A stretch of 64,000 bases of DNA from Lingula anatina (taxonomy: Eukaryota > Animalia > Brachiopoda): positions 6,572,001-6,636,000 of the forward strand of contig CM120641.1 of assembly GCA_051362555.1 (NCBI GenBank), given 5' to 3'. The notes below the pieces were generated by a model. That model saw nothing but the letters and a program-made list of their open reading frames with translations, ran no database searches and was not told the origin of the DNA. Shown here piece by piece: positions 27,201 through 37,026 of this stretch. Numbering within the stretch: position 1 is the stretch's first letter; the number at the start of each line of letters is the position of its first letter. Made by a program: the position numbers and the translations under genes.

Positions 27201-29973
27201 CCAGTAATAATTTCATACTTATTGCTTCTTGCTGAGGTCTTTCCTTACCTCACCTTAATACATAGACATTCAAGAAATAAATCAATTAATAAATAAAATA
27301 AAAGTAAAAGGTGAAAGTAGTGTCAGTTTCTTTGTGATGTAAGTTTCTCGGATCACTAAAAAAATTATAACAATAATCATTTTAAAAAACATACCATCAA
27401 ATATCTGGAAACTGTTAGCATGACTGTTATGCAAAAATGCATGTATAGCTTTCTGAAAAAAAACTAGTTATCCTCTCAATTAATGACTATTATTTACCTT
27501 TTGGCAAAACTCTCTTTCAACAATTTTTGTTTGTCATTCAGTTTGTATTGATAGATGTGCACTTCATCTCCTCCGCTCTGATCTCTCGTCAAAGGACCAG
27601 ACGAGTCAACTTTGCTCCCTTGTCTGAGCACTTTTCCCCTGTTAGGCTGCAAATAAGGCAAATTTTAAGTTTTTTGTTAATTGTATTTTTTAAGTTAGTG
27701 TTTTATTGATATTATTCTTTATCACAAACTTAATGCAAGTACTAAAACATCAGTTAAACAAAATCATTCTTGACTAAGACATTAAATTATGAGTCATACA
27801 CAATGTCTCAATAATACACTGTTGTAAACCCTAGGACTTCTCATTATTTAGTCTCTTAGACAAGAATTACCTTTTCATAACCTGATTTTGAGATAATGAA
27901 AAAACTCATGTGAATCATAATACACACATACATAATATACACATACACACCTAATATGTAAAAATCATTCAGACAAAATTCAACAAGAGTAAAGAACATG
28001 AAATGGTTTCAAGCAGGAGTAATATAAGCGAAAAAAGAAAAATGTATGTATGTATGTATGTATTGCATCAGCAGAAATGACAACAACACACACTTTAAAG
28101 TTTGTTAGAGAAGATATTCTCCAGGCCTGTGAAATCATAAATAATAGGACAAACATGTTAAATTAACATTGACATTAAAGCTTGCTTATTTTAGGCTCAG
28201 AATCCATAATAAAACTAATCTGAGCTTTAGACATCTGGTCACCACCACAAACATTTATCTGTGGACAGAATATCACAGCAGTGTTACAATGTATTCTATC
28301 ATAGATTCATAATTTTTTCAACAAGTTTCACATATTTACTTTCTTCCATGCATCTGGCTGTCCTCTTGGAATTTCAACTTCACTGAATGAGGACGATTTA
28401 TCACTGGCAGATGTGGACAATATGTTGGATGCAGTGATAGTGACAATCTGTTCTGGAACTGTGACTATATCTGCTTCATTAGTATCTGCCTCCCTAATAT
28501 TAGGGTGTTCCCTGATATCTGAAACAAGTGATTTCTAAAAAATGAAATATATCTTAATACTTTTATTTTTTATGTAAAATCATAATTTCAGACAACAATA
28601 GGAACCCAAATCTAAATTATTACTTTGGCTGTAAGATTGAAATGTACCTTTATTCCAATTCTGCTAATTTACCTTCTTTCCCTAGGTATTGCATGTGTAA
28701 ATGCTCAAGTTTTCTTGGTAGCTGGTGTTCAGTTGGAACTGCTGATATTGTCTTTACTTTTACTTCTTGTCCATCTCTTGGTTTCAATTCGATCTGTTCA
28801 TTTCTGAGCCTTTTCAGGTTGGTGGAAATTGACTTTTCACCAACTTTCACTTGCTCTGTTCTTTTTGTTGCTTCAACATCAGCATCATTTAGTGTACTGA
28901 ATGTTTCCTGGGCTTTTGGTGAGTCATGTAATTCAGTGGCTGGTTTGTTATTACTAGTTGGTCCTTTAGTTCTCTCATAGGAATCAAATACTTCAGATCC
29001 TCCAGGTCTAAACTTTGAATCTTTGTTTTTTCTTTCATTTTCTCTCAGTCTATTAACTAATGAACTGTTTTCTCTATTTGAGATTCCAACTATCTCTTTG
29101 TGATTTTTCTTTGGTTCCACACTGTTTTTTATGGGTGGAATATTCTCAACATTATTTGAATTCTTCTGTTTGGTCAAGGGTAGAGGGATTTTCTCATCAC
29201 ATGACTGTGCACTCTCTGCATTTTCAAAAGGAGATTTAATCTCACGTAAAAATTTGGTTTTCACTTTGACCCTCCTGACATTGTTTTCACCACCAAAGCT
29301 CTGAGCAGAACTAGCCCTAGATGTTGCACTAGAAGTAGATCTAGAGGATGAGACAGATTTCCTCACAATATCTGGAGGATTTATAGTAGTAGACTGGATA
29401 AGGATTTCACTTGCAGTCGAACTGTTGTTTGATCTATCTTTTTCATCAGGTGTGACCAATGTGGGGGTTGTTGCACCAGATATATTTGACGACACTGAGT
29501 GTGTTCCCCCTTTGCTATCAACTGTAATGGGCGAAATAACTGAAGATCTCCAGTCTTCTTGGTATGAGATTCTACTTGATTGTCCAGAAAGACTTTGCGC
29601 CCGGTTTTCATTGAGAGACTTTACTGCCGACTCAGTAATACCGAGTAAAGCACTGGAGGTTCCAGCGGAAGGTCCATTTCTTTCTCCCAGAGAACTCGAT
29701 GAACTCATAACTGAAACATTAGAGAGTGGTATTAATTTTTTATCTTTCATAAACTTCGAAAATACAAAATCATCTAAGGTGATTACTTTCAATGAAGTGT
29801 GTGCATGTGGGTTTGTATGCATATTCTGTGGTGTATGCGCGTGTGAGAGATAAAGTGATACAGATATAAAATAACCTGTCGTCGTTAGCCTAGGAACCGC
29901 AACGCTGATTTATTGCTGAATGTAAGTCAACTAAGATCCTACTTTATCCGTTCTAATTACCCGCTGTCGCCAT
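259..29973 (-). CDS. KIAA0586: TALPID3 (centriole/ciliogenesis protein), 5' portion; gene continues beyond the left edge
   Basis: Phase-consistent GT-AG exons: 29973-29961 (ATG GCG ACA GCG G|gt), 29773-28673, 28518-28340, 27646-27498, 26967-26775, 26214-25993, 25190-24746, 24291-24207, 5603-5561, 5243-5181, 1417-1206, 794-722, 525-~259 (last donor uncertain). TALPID3-like motifs: [89 protein letters not shown]. Head-to-head with TIMM9, as in vertebrates. Confidence 0.88.
1617..1785. mobile_element. 169-bp non-autonomous TIR element (MITE-like)
   Basis: Terminal inverted repeats CAGGGGCGGAT...ATCCGCCCCTG; flanked on both sides by TATTA (1612-1616, 1786-1790); internal GAAGACGGTCA/GAAGACTGTCA repeats. 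Confidence 0.75.
4582..4796. mobile_element. MITE family A, copy 1 (PIF/Harbinger-like by 3-bp TSD)
   Basis: Ends GGGCGTATTCCCATAGATTTTAGATCGATC ... GATCGATCTAATCTCTGGGAATGGGGTC; TAT on both sides; colinear over its whole length with 32769-32994. Confidence 0.8.
6826..6835. promoter_or_regulatory. Palindromic NF-kB-type site in the long KIAA0586 intron
   Basis: GGGAATTCCC matches GGGRNNYYCC; motif match only. Confidence 0.3.
10031..10081. promoter_or_regulatory. GATA motif cluster (candidate enhancer)
   Basis: Four GATA cores in 51 bp (10031, 10041, 10060, reverse at 10078); further GATA doublets near 8717 and 8935. Confidence 0.3.
13389..13528. repeat. 36-bp direct repeat of the IRF2BP stop-codon region
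   Basis: TATCTATTCTTTTAGGCATCT(C/T)TCTCTTTTTTGATC at 13389-13424 and 13493-13528, one mismatch, period 104. Confidence 0.85.
13504..15336 (-). CDS. IRF2BPL: Interferon regulatory factor 2-binding protein family member (IRF2BPL/IRF2BP2/Pits-like), single coding exon, 610 aa
   Basis: N-terminal zinc finger [33 protein letters not shown]; central [18 protein letters not shown] block; [12 protein letters not shown]; C-terminal C3HC4 [32 protein letters not shown]...[13 protein letters not shown]. The ORF-track start at 15372 is TTG; the first ATG is at 15336. Confidence 0.96.
   Translation of the reverse strand: MSMPHRTQRQHCYLCDLPRTPWAMLHDFSEPVCRGCVNYEGPDRIEMVIEAARQMKRAHGFESQRKQLHPPSQANMAASRGGPPEIPHGELRPGIPAGIPGMERFEARSRAMLPVEYVPAGQRGPHALPLPHQRNRPEERVSPITSGRGGGGHPPGPGHHALPPPQSRMAPSSTTLGLMENIQGKREGDERESPGHVSSGDEVSRRPPTVEELNARPPIVRETLSVLCSCTPFEVRFKKDTSLRARVISFDAGHKPGIDYELKIFVEYPTGSGNVYNSASGVARQMYQDCMKDMGKGLSSGFKYLEYEMKHGTGDWHLLGDMLPEPVRFFKEPVKRDILPVPYLDPSCPTLPSPNGTTLPRGIMKGFPRNFFDGQIRKRKASPEPDSQEGPSKVSEEQHKRHQWMQSQAEALKLTIASAGYTASNSCPSSLSSTSPGSNQGSTPPDVTPISQSGPSPMAALMSVTDNIRNPSPRMSSSPNNMILSHHSARDQQLLLRGRHMLQGGDKAVTSNLPESTVSNGEALKCTLCQERLEDTHFVQCPSVGDHKFCFPCSRESIKRQGPGSEVYCPSGKKCPLVGSNVPWAFMQGEIATILGEEYKEFKIKKEKDA
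15419..15519 (-). promoter_or_regulatory. Probable IRF2BP proximal promoter
   Basis: YY1-like CCATTTT (15419-15425), NRF1-like TGCGCATGCG (15485-15494) and E-box CACGTG (15514-15519) in CpG-rich sequence directly upstream of the CDS. Confidence 0.45.
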
Positions 29974-30156
29974 TTTGATTGTATTTCATGGGGAAATGAA
30001 AGCCCTAATTTTGATTGGTTCAAATCTCCGAGACCCCAAAATATGCTACTTTATGAGCCAATGAAAGCCTTCTATACTAAATAACATTGTCTACAAGACG
30101 TGCTTTTTAAAGTTTATCAAATTTTTAATACAATTTGTTATAGTTTTCCCCGAGAG
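29884..30156. promoter_or_regulatory. Bidirectional promoter shared by KIAA0586 and TIMM9
   Basis: Divergent ATGs at 29973 and 30843; oppositely oriented CCAAT boxes (ATTGG 30014-30018, CCAAT 30058-30062); YY1-like CGCCATTTT at the KIAA0586 ATG; weak RFX X-box-like GTTAGCCTAGGAAC (29884-29897); candidate TIMM9 5'-UTR donor GAG|GTAC at 30156/30157. Confidence 0.6.
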
Positions 30157-30842
30157 GTACATACAATAAGTTTATTTAAGTATAAAGTACTTAAGGTTGA
30201 TTATTCTAATGGTTTCAATGCACAATCCAGTCATTCAAATCTATCTTGACATTTGTGCCACCTATCGAAAACAACTGAAATACATGTGGTGAGAGGAAAA
30301 GAAAAAGGTACATGTGTAGCTGAAAATTTACAGAAATTGCTTGTACAAACGAACTGCCCTTTTCATTGCATAAATATTTTATTGCATAAAAGCAAGGCTT
30401 TTTACGATAAATTGAATAGCTGTAGTTTTTCTAAAATTCATCACTCATCGGCTTCTAAATCAAAAATTTCAGTGCAAGATTTGAAGTATTTTAAATTTCA
30501 AATAATAATAATGAGAATAGTCGAATATGTAAAAATGAGAAAGAAAGAGAACGGATTCAGACAGGAATTGCTATCCACCTTGATCAATTTATAAGGGAAA
30601 AACTGAAAAACAAGACTTAAAAATTATTTTGCCATTGTTTTGTTATGTGCACATGATGGATCACAACTTAAACATATGATACAGATGAAATCACCAGTCT
30701 CTAGCCCTTCTATTTTTGTTTTGAAATATTGATAAGCTATATAGTTAAAGGCAATTATCTTATACCAGTACTTTGCAGCAACATAATGTAACTAATATTT
30801 CTTTTTTTTTTTTTTTAAGAGTTTATCTTTATTCAATGAAAG

Positions 30843-32359
30843 ATGGCTCAAGAAATCCCTGCTGGAGCCGTGGAGGCACAGGTAAATATCAAATGAATCT
30901 TTTTGGGTATGAAAACAATTGTCAGGTACTCTAACAAAAGGGTTAACTCCAAACCAGAAGTACATTAGAGTAGGTAAGCCACTGTCACATTTGGTCTCTT
31001 TTTCATATTGAAAGAGTTTGCCTTCCGATTAATTTTCACACACTACTGTCTATGATTTGTGCATTCAATAGTTCAGCATATGGGCCATAAATGGGGATAT
31101 TTGGAACGAAAAAGCCAAGATAGGCCTACCAGTTAATCCATGCATTCATAGTTTTGAGCAAACTTCTACTTCTTGTCCTTACATGTGAAGTACATACTCT
31201 ACTCAAATGTCTTCTGGATCAGAGTTCAGTGCCCTTGTACCAGATTTGATGAAGTTAATGGCCTTTTATGTTAAAGAAAACCAGAGATAATGAGTTGAAA
31301 AGGTCTGTTGAATCAGAGCAGTGCACTTGAATAGCCTCCTGATTTCCATGAGGTCAGCAAGGCTGAGTTTGATGACAAGATTGGCACAAATTGTTTACTT
31401 CAATACATAATTGCCATCCCCATGTTGTAAATGAACAGTATGTGTATGCATGTATGTATGTGTGCTTAGGTGCTTATTTTGAAGTCTAAGGGTGCATTCC
31501 CAATGGAACTATCATTCTATATAGAACTCGGCAGGGACATTCACTGTATGTGTTTTGTTGCACTCAAATGAAGTAAAAAAGCCTCACGAAGCTGAGCGCA
31601 AAGGAAAGTTAATCACCCCCTTGCTGTTATTCAGTTAATCTGACTGCATTTAGCGCGAGTCCCTGTAGAAGTGGATTGATCTACATAGAATGATAGTTTA
31701 CTTGGCTTAATGGCTTTCATGTAGGATAAAAGCCTAATACCCTAGCATGATAAAACATTTTTGTTACATCCTCTTCCTTGAGTCATATATGGTGTATTAA
31801 AGAAAATTTACGTTCATGTGTGCGTGAGTTTTGAAATTAGAGGAAACTGTTGAACGTTTAAAATTATTTTTTTTCTTTGCAGTTCAAGCAGTTTATGTCC
31901 ACATATGAAAAGGTTACACAGTTATGTTTTATAGATTGTGTCCATGATTTTACCTCGAGAAAAGTTTTAAGTAAAGAGGTAAGATTGAGATTATCAAATT
32001 TCAAACACCCCTGAAATATTAACAAGAAATTTTGGTCACATTTGAATCACTTGTCAGTATTGTAGTACTAGTAAGATATTGACAGTTATATATAATCTTG
32101 TATAAAACATTGTTTTAAAATTATTTCACAAGCTACATTTGTCTGGATTGCATTTGGATTTATGAAATGAACCCAAGACATCTTATACGTACTTCATATT
32201 TTTCATCTTTAATTTTCTTAGAAAACCTGTTCCACAACTTGCATGGAGAAATACCTCAAGTTGACACAAAGAATGACCCAAAGATTTCTTGAATATAAAG
32301 TGGCAAGTAATGAACTGCCTGGAGCGACTGCTCCTCAGGTTGGTGGGATGCAGAGGTAG
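30843..32359 (+). CDS. TIMM9: Mitochondrial import inner membrane translocase subunit Tim9, 90 aa
   Basis: Exons 30843-30881, 31883-31978 and 32222-32359 (273 nt) give MAQEIPAGAVEAQ-FKQFMSTYEKVTQLCFIDCVHDFTSRKVLSKE-KTCSTTCMEKYLKLTQRMTQRFLEYK...MQR*. Twin CX3C motif (CFIDC, CSTTC). Not in the ORF track because the exons are short. Confidence 0.95.
31490..31705. mobile_element. MITE family A, diverged/truncated copy in TIMM9 intron
   Basis: Starts TAA|GGGTGCATTCCC; subterminal inverted repeat AACTATCATTCTATATAG / CTACATAGAATGATAGTT; shares GTTAATCACCCCCT and TGACTGCATTTAGCG blocks with the other copies. Confidence 0.55.
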
Positions 32360-32600
32360 CTTTCACCTGTATAGCACTGGAGTGAAAAAAACTTCTCTGA
32401 ATGGATTGCCATGGGACTGTGAATAATGGCCATTCCATGTCAGATGTTTATAAAGATTCTGCTCCACAAAAGATGTTGCTTCTAAAAACCTTACTAGAAA
32501 ACTTGGACATCACCACATGAACAATGAATATATCCAAAGTTAAATTTTTCTGGATGCATTCTAATGAAATGTGTGATTTACATAAGAATGGTAAGAAAAA

Positions 32601-33953
32601 GTCAATAAGAAAAACTATAGATGGAGGTTGATTTTATGTCCCAAATGTATAATTTCCAGAGATGATTAGATCGTTTTATATGTTGGGACTCCTCTCATGT
32701 GCATTTACTGCCTTTTTTATAAGTGTTTGGAGTTAAAAATAGATATTGAAAAACAACTTGTTGTCTTACACCCCATTTCCATAGATTTTTAGATTGATCT
32801 ATCCCTGTGGGGAGTCTCACTAGATTACTGTCAGCTTGGCCGGCTTAAGCGTCTGTCCTGCCTACTAAAAGCTGTAAGGGGGTAATTAACTATGGTGCCC
32901 GCTCGGCTGACTGCAATTTAGCGTGAACCAACAGGGAGTTAGGTCGATCTAAAACTTAATCTTTAGATCGATCTAAATCTCTGGGAAAGCACCCTTAGTG
33001 CCTATCTGGAGTCAATAAATTAAAAAAAAACTTTAAAAAGCTTTCATCAATTTACACGAGTCAGTAATTTTGATTTATCACACCTCTTAGTTGCAAACTT
33101 TAAGGTAGTATTTATTAATGTGCCCAGCTTCATATTATATTGGTTTACAAGCTTTAGTTGGATCACAGAAGCATTTTAACAATTTTATATTCCAGTATAA
33201 AATTTTAGAACAAAGGTAATAATTTCATTGTCTGTGATGTTTTAGGACATTTTCCTTCTCCAAAAATATTATTGGTAAAATGTCAAATAGATCTTGTGCT
33301 CAGTTTGAGAATTTTGTTTAAGTCCATCTTAAGTTGTTTATTGGGGACTGTAAACAATGGAGTCATCAACTTAAATTCTTTCATTTTTTCTGATGAAATT
33401 ACTACATGGGTAGTTGTACAAAAGGTGCATTTTACACAAAAGTGACATTGCGAGGAAGGCATGAACCATTCACAAAGCTTAAGTTTTTAAATCTTAACAA
33501 AACAAAGTTGTTTTTTTTTTTCTTGAAACCAGTCCCTTATTTTTCCCGTGAAGATAAATTGGTATTTTGAATTCCTTTCCAGTTTGGGAACCAGTTGTTG
33601 AATTTTCCAAAAGAAAAAAAAAACGGTCAATAAGAAAAACTATAGATGGAGGTTAATTTTATGTCCTAAATGTATAATTTCCAGAGATGATTAGATCGTT
33701 TTATGTTGGGACTCCTCTCATGTGCATTTACTGCCTTTTTTATAAGTGTTTGGAGTTAAATCTTAACAAAACAAAGTTTTTTTTTCTTGAAACCAGTCCC
33801 TTATTTTTCCTGTGAAGATAAATTGGTATTTTGAATTCCTTTCCAGTTTGGGAACCAGTTGTTGAATTTTCCAAAAGAAAAAAAACGGTCAATAAGAAAA
33901 ACTATAGATGGAGGTTTGGGAACCAGTTGTTGAATTTTCCAAAAGAAAAAAAA
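32601..33953. repeat. Local mosaic duplication between the TIMM9 and Rab 3' ends
   Basis: Block A (GTCAATAAGAAAAACTATAGATGGAGGTT...TTGGAGTTAAA) at 32601-32737 and ~33627-33760; block B (AAATCTTAACAAAACAAAG...CCAAAAGAAAAAAAACGG) at ~33489-33626 and ~33758-33888; partial A and B follow at ~33888-33953. Confidence 0.85.
32769..32994. mobile_element. MITE family A, copy 2
   Basis: CACCCCATTTCCATAGATTTTTAGATTGATC ... GATCGATCTAAATCTCTGGGAAAGCACCC; TTA on both sides; interior clearly homologous to 4582-4796. Confidence 0.8.
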
Positions 33954-34812
33954 CTATCTCACTCATTTGTTTAGATGTTTTATTCCCACATGATGATGAC
34001 CTCCCGCAGGCAGGAAACCAGTGCAGAAATGCCAAATCTCATTTTTTGCAGATAATATCCAAATTATACATGTGTTGAAAAATACTCAACTACACATTGT
34101 ATTAAAACTTGTAGGTTTGAGTTACCAAGAAAACCTTGAAACCAAAAAATGACATATTTATAAATATGTAGTCTGTTTGTCACCTGGCAGATCACAGACT
34201 AGGGGAAAAGAAAAACTAAATCCATTAAAATATGTCATTATAAGATGTAAATCCTTTAATTTTTACCTGGTAACTGTGGTTTCTTGTTTCATTGTTTAAA
34301 AAAAACCCTTAAATATTTATAATTTTTTCTTGTCACAAGCACTTCTCTACATATAATACCACAATGTCAGATAGTTCTGATGACTTGCCCACAAGAGCTG
34401 TTTGGAAAATCGGTATAAGAAACTAAATGTGTATCACATGAGGTAATGCCCGTAGTAAAAAATGTTATGAAGCATAAAAGATAAACAGACGTTCCTGTAA
34501 TAAAAGGATGAATTGCAATAATAATTGTAATAATCCATACTAGAAAAATAAAATACTTTTAATAGGATATAAAACATGCCATGGTTAACATGTTTTTCAA
34601 GCTTGGACATTAAAAGAACATTAATTCATTACGTAGACTTAGTCAGACCTTGTCTTGCATGTCAGAATAGAAAACTTCTAAAAAGTGTCTTCATCTAACA
34701 AAATAGCACCTCATCAATACCCTCACACCTCAATCCTGAGTGTCCAAACTATAAAAGAAAACCTAACTTAATGTACAAGGTAAAATTCTAAAATACAGTA
34801 TTCCTGGACTAT

Positions 34813-36978
34813 TTAACAGCATTTCTTTTTCTTCACCGTGTCCTCTTCAACTTCCTCTGCAAGGTTTATACGACTCTGTTTTGACTCTGGACTACAACCA
34901 TCAAGTTTATTCTTTAAAATCTTTTCAACCAAATACATCATGGCACTATCTAAAAAAGAATGCAAAACCTGAATAACAGCTTTTGTTCTCCAGTGGAATG
35001 TTGAAGTTTTGAGAAAAGGTTATTATTCAGTAAAATTTAAAATGTGCTCAATTTAGAAACTAAGCCTTGCTTTGTGTAATGGAAAAGTTGCCACACTGCT
35101 TCAAACCTGACAACTATATACAGTTATCATTGTTTTTAATGAATGTCACTTAATGCAGAAAAAAGTTAACATTTTAATGTACCTATATTAATGTTCTCCT
35201 TGGCTGATGTGGGGAACCATCCAACAAAACCATGTTCTTCACAGAACTCATGCACCTCTTCAAAGTCTATTTTTGCATAAGGAAGATCACACTGTAAATA
35301 TGAAACGGTCAGAAAAATAATTTTATTGCTTTTTGCATTCTCAAAGATGAGCAGAAAAAAATCCACAATATCAATAATCAGTACTCAACTTTATAAAGAT
35401 GGTCTGTAAAGTGTTTGCTAGGTTCTGGGTTGCCACTTACTTTGTTAGCTAGTAGCAATACAGGAATTTCCCATCTTATCCCATCTTCTGAAAACTTGGA
35501 TATCAAGTCTTCATACCACTGAAAATGCAAAAAAAAAAAATATATATATATATATAGAGATACGTATCTAGCAGAGTGACAGCCTAAGTTATAGAGGAAA
35601 AAATGTCACAATAATTACATAATCCATTACTTTTATACTTGTATGCATACATGTGCACAAACCATTAGTTATAACAAAAATTTTTGGCATAATTACATCA
35701 TCTGAAGGGATCATTCTTGCATTTTTTATATTATTTAACCTTTCTGAGATGTTTAACATTTTAATAGCATGATGATCTTCTGTACAACACAATCGTGAAG
35801 AGAAGTTGAATAACCAAAATAATAATAATAATAATAAAATATGTAACAAACTTTACAATTTTTGTTATGCTGTCATTTTCCTCAATATTAGAAAATACCT
35901 TCCCTATACTATTCAAAAAATGTATATAATATTGTGAATCAGCAAATTCCACTTACTCTACAGTAAACAACCTATATCAGCTAAACAGACAATGGCCTGT
36001 TCAGAACCTTTTCCACCTGAGTGATAAGCAAAAGAGAAATATGCCCATACAACACCAATTCTTTACAATCTGCATTGGTCACTTATTTCACACAGAATTG
36101 TTACAAAATTCTTCTTTTGGCATTATAAAGCATACCAGGTGATATATCATGTTATCTCAGAGGATCTACACAGTAGCACTAAACTAGCCACCATGTTCAG
36201 CTTAAGAGGGAAGATATGAAAAACATTTTCAGTCACATGGCTTTTACAGTTTATGTCCATATTCAATAGTGTTATATATCTCCAAAAACACTTGCTTCCT
36301 GTGACAGAACTTGAAATCATTTTAATTCTTTAAAAATGCACGTATTATCATAATATGTTTCTAACTACTAATCTAAAAACATGTATACATGTATGATCTA
36401 TTGTAAGAACTGAACATCTAGTTGGATAAGATTTATTTGATGTCAAGCAAGTAAGCAACACTGGGAAACAAGTTGAATGCAATTTTTACCATTAGATTAT
36501 CATTGTCATTGACTAATTGTTAAATAGAGACTTGGGCAGATATTTGTCTGCAGAGCACTTGTACTATATTTAAGCTCAGGGCAGGCATGTCCTCTACAAG
36601 TGGGCGTACCTGGTGGTATGGCACAGCCATGAAAAAAAATGGCCGTATGTTTGTACACTGGAATACCAACTACAGACTTCCGTCTTGAGCTCCTAAAAAT
36701 ATCATTAGTTTTACTCTATATCTACTACAAGTAACATTAACCCAGATACAAGCTTTTTATTGGAATCTCTTTCTTACCCTCGATACAGACTTAAAAGTAT
36801 GTGGCCTTGTTGGATCAAACACAATGATGGCAGCAGATCTGAAATGGCCAAATGAAATGTCAGAATTTTTTGATGATCACAAGGTCTCTTGTGTCCTAGC
36901 ATAAATAAAAGCTGTTCAAATATGCTTATAATTTTACATTTTCAACTTCTTCAATTGTTCATGTGGTTTCTTCTCAAG

Positions 36979-37026
<48 letters not shown>

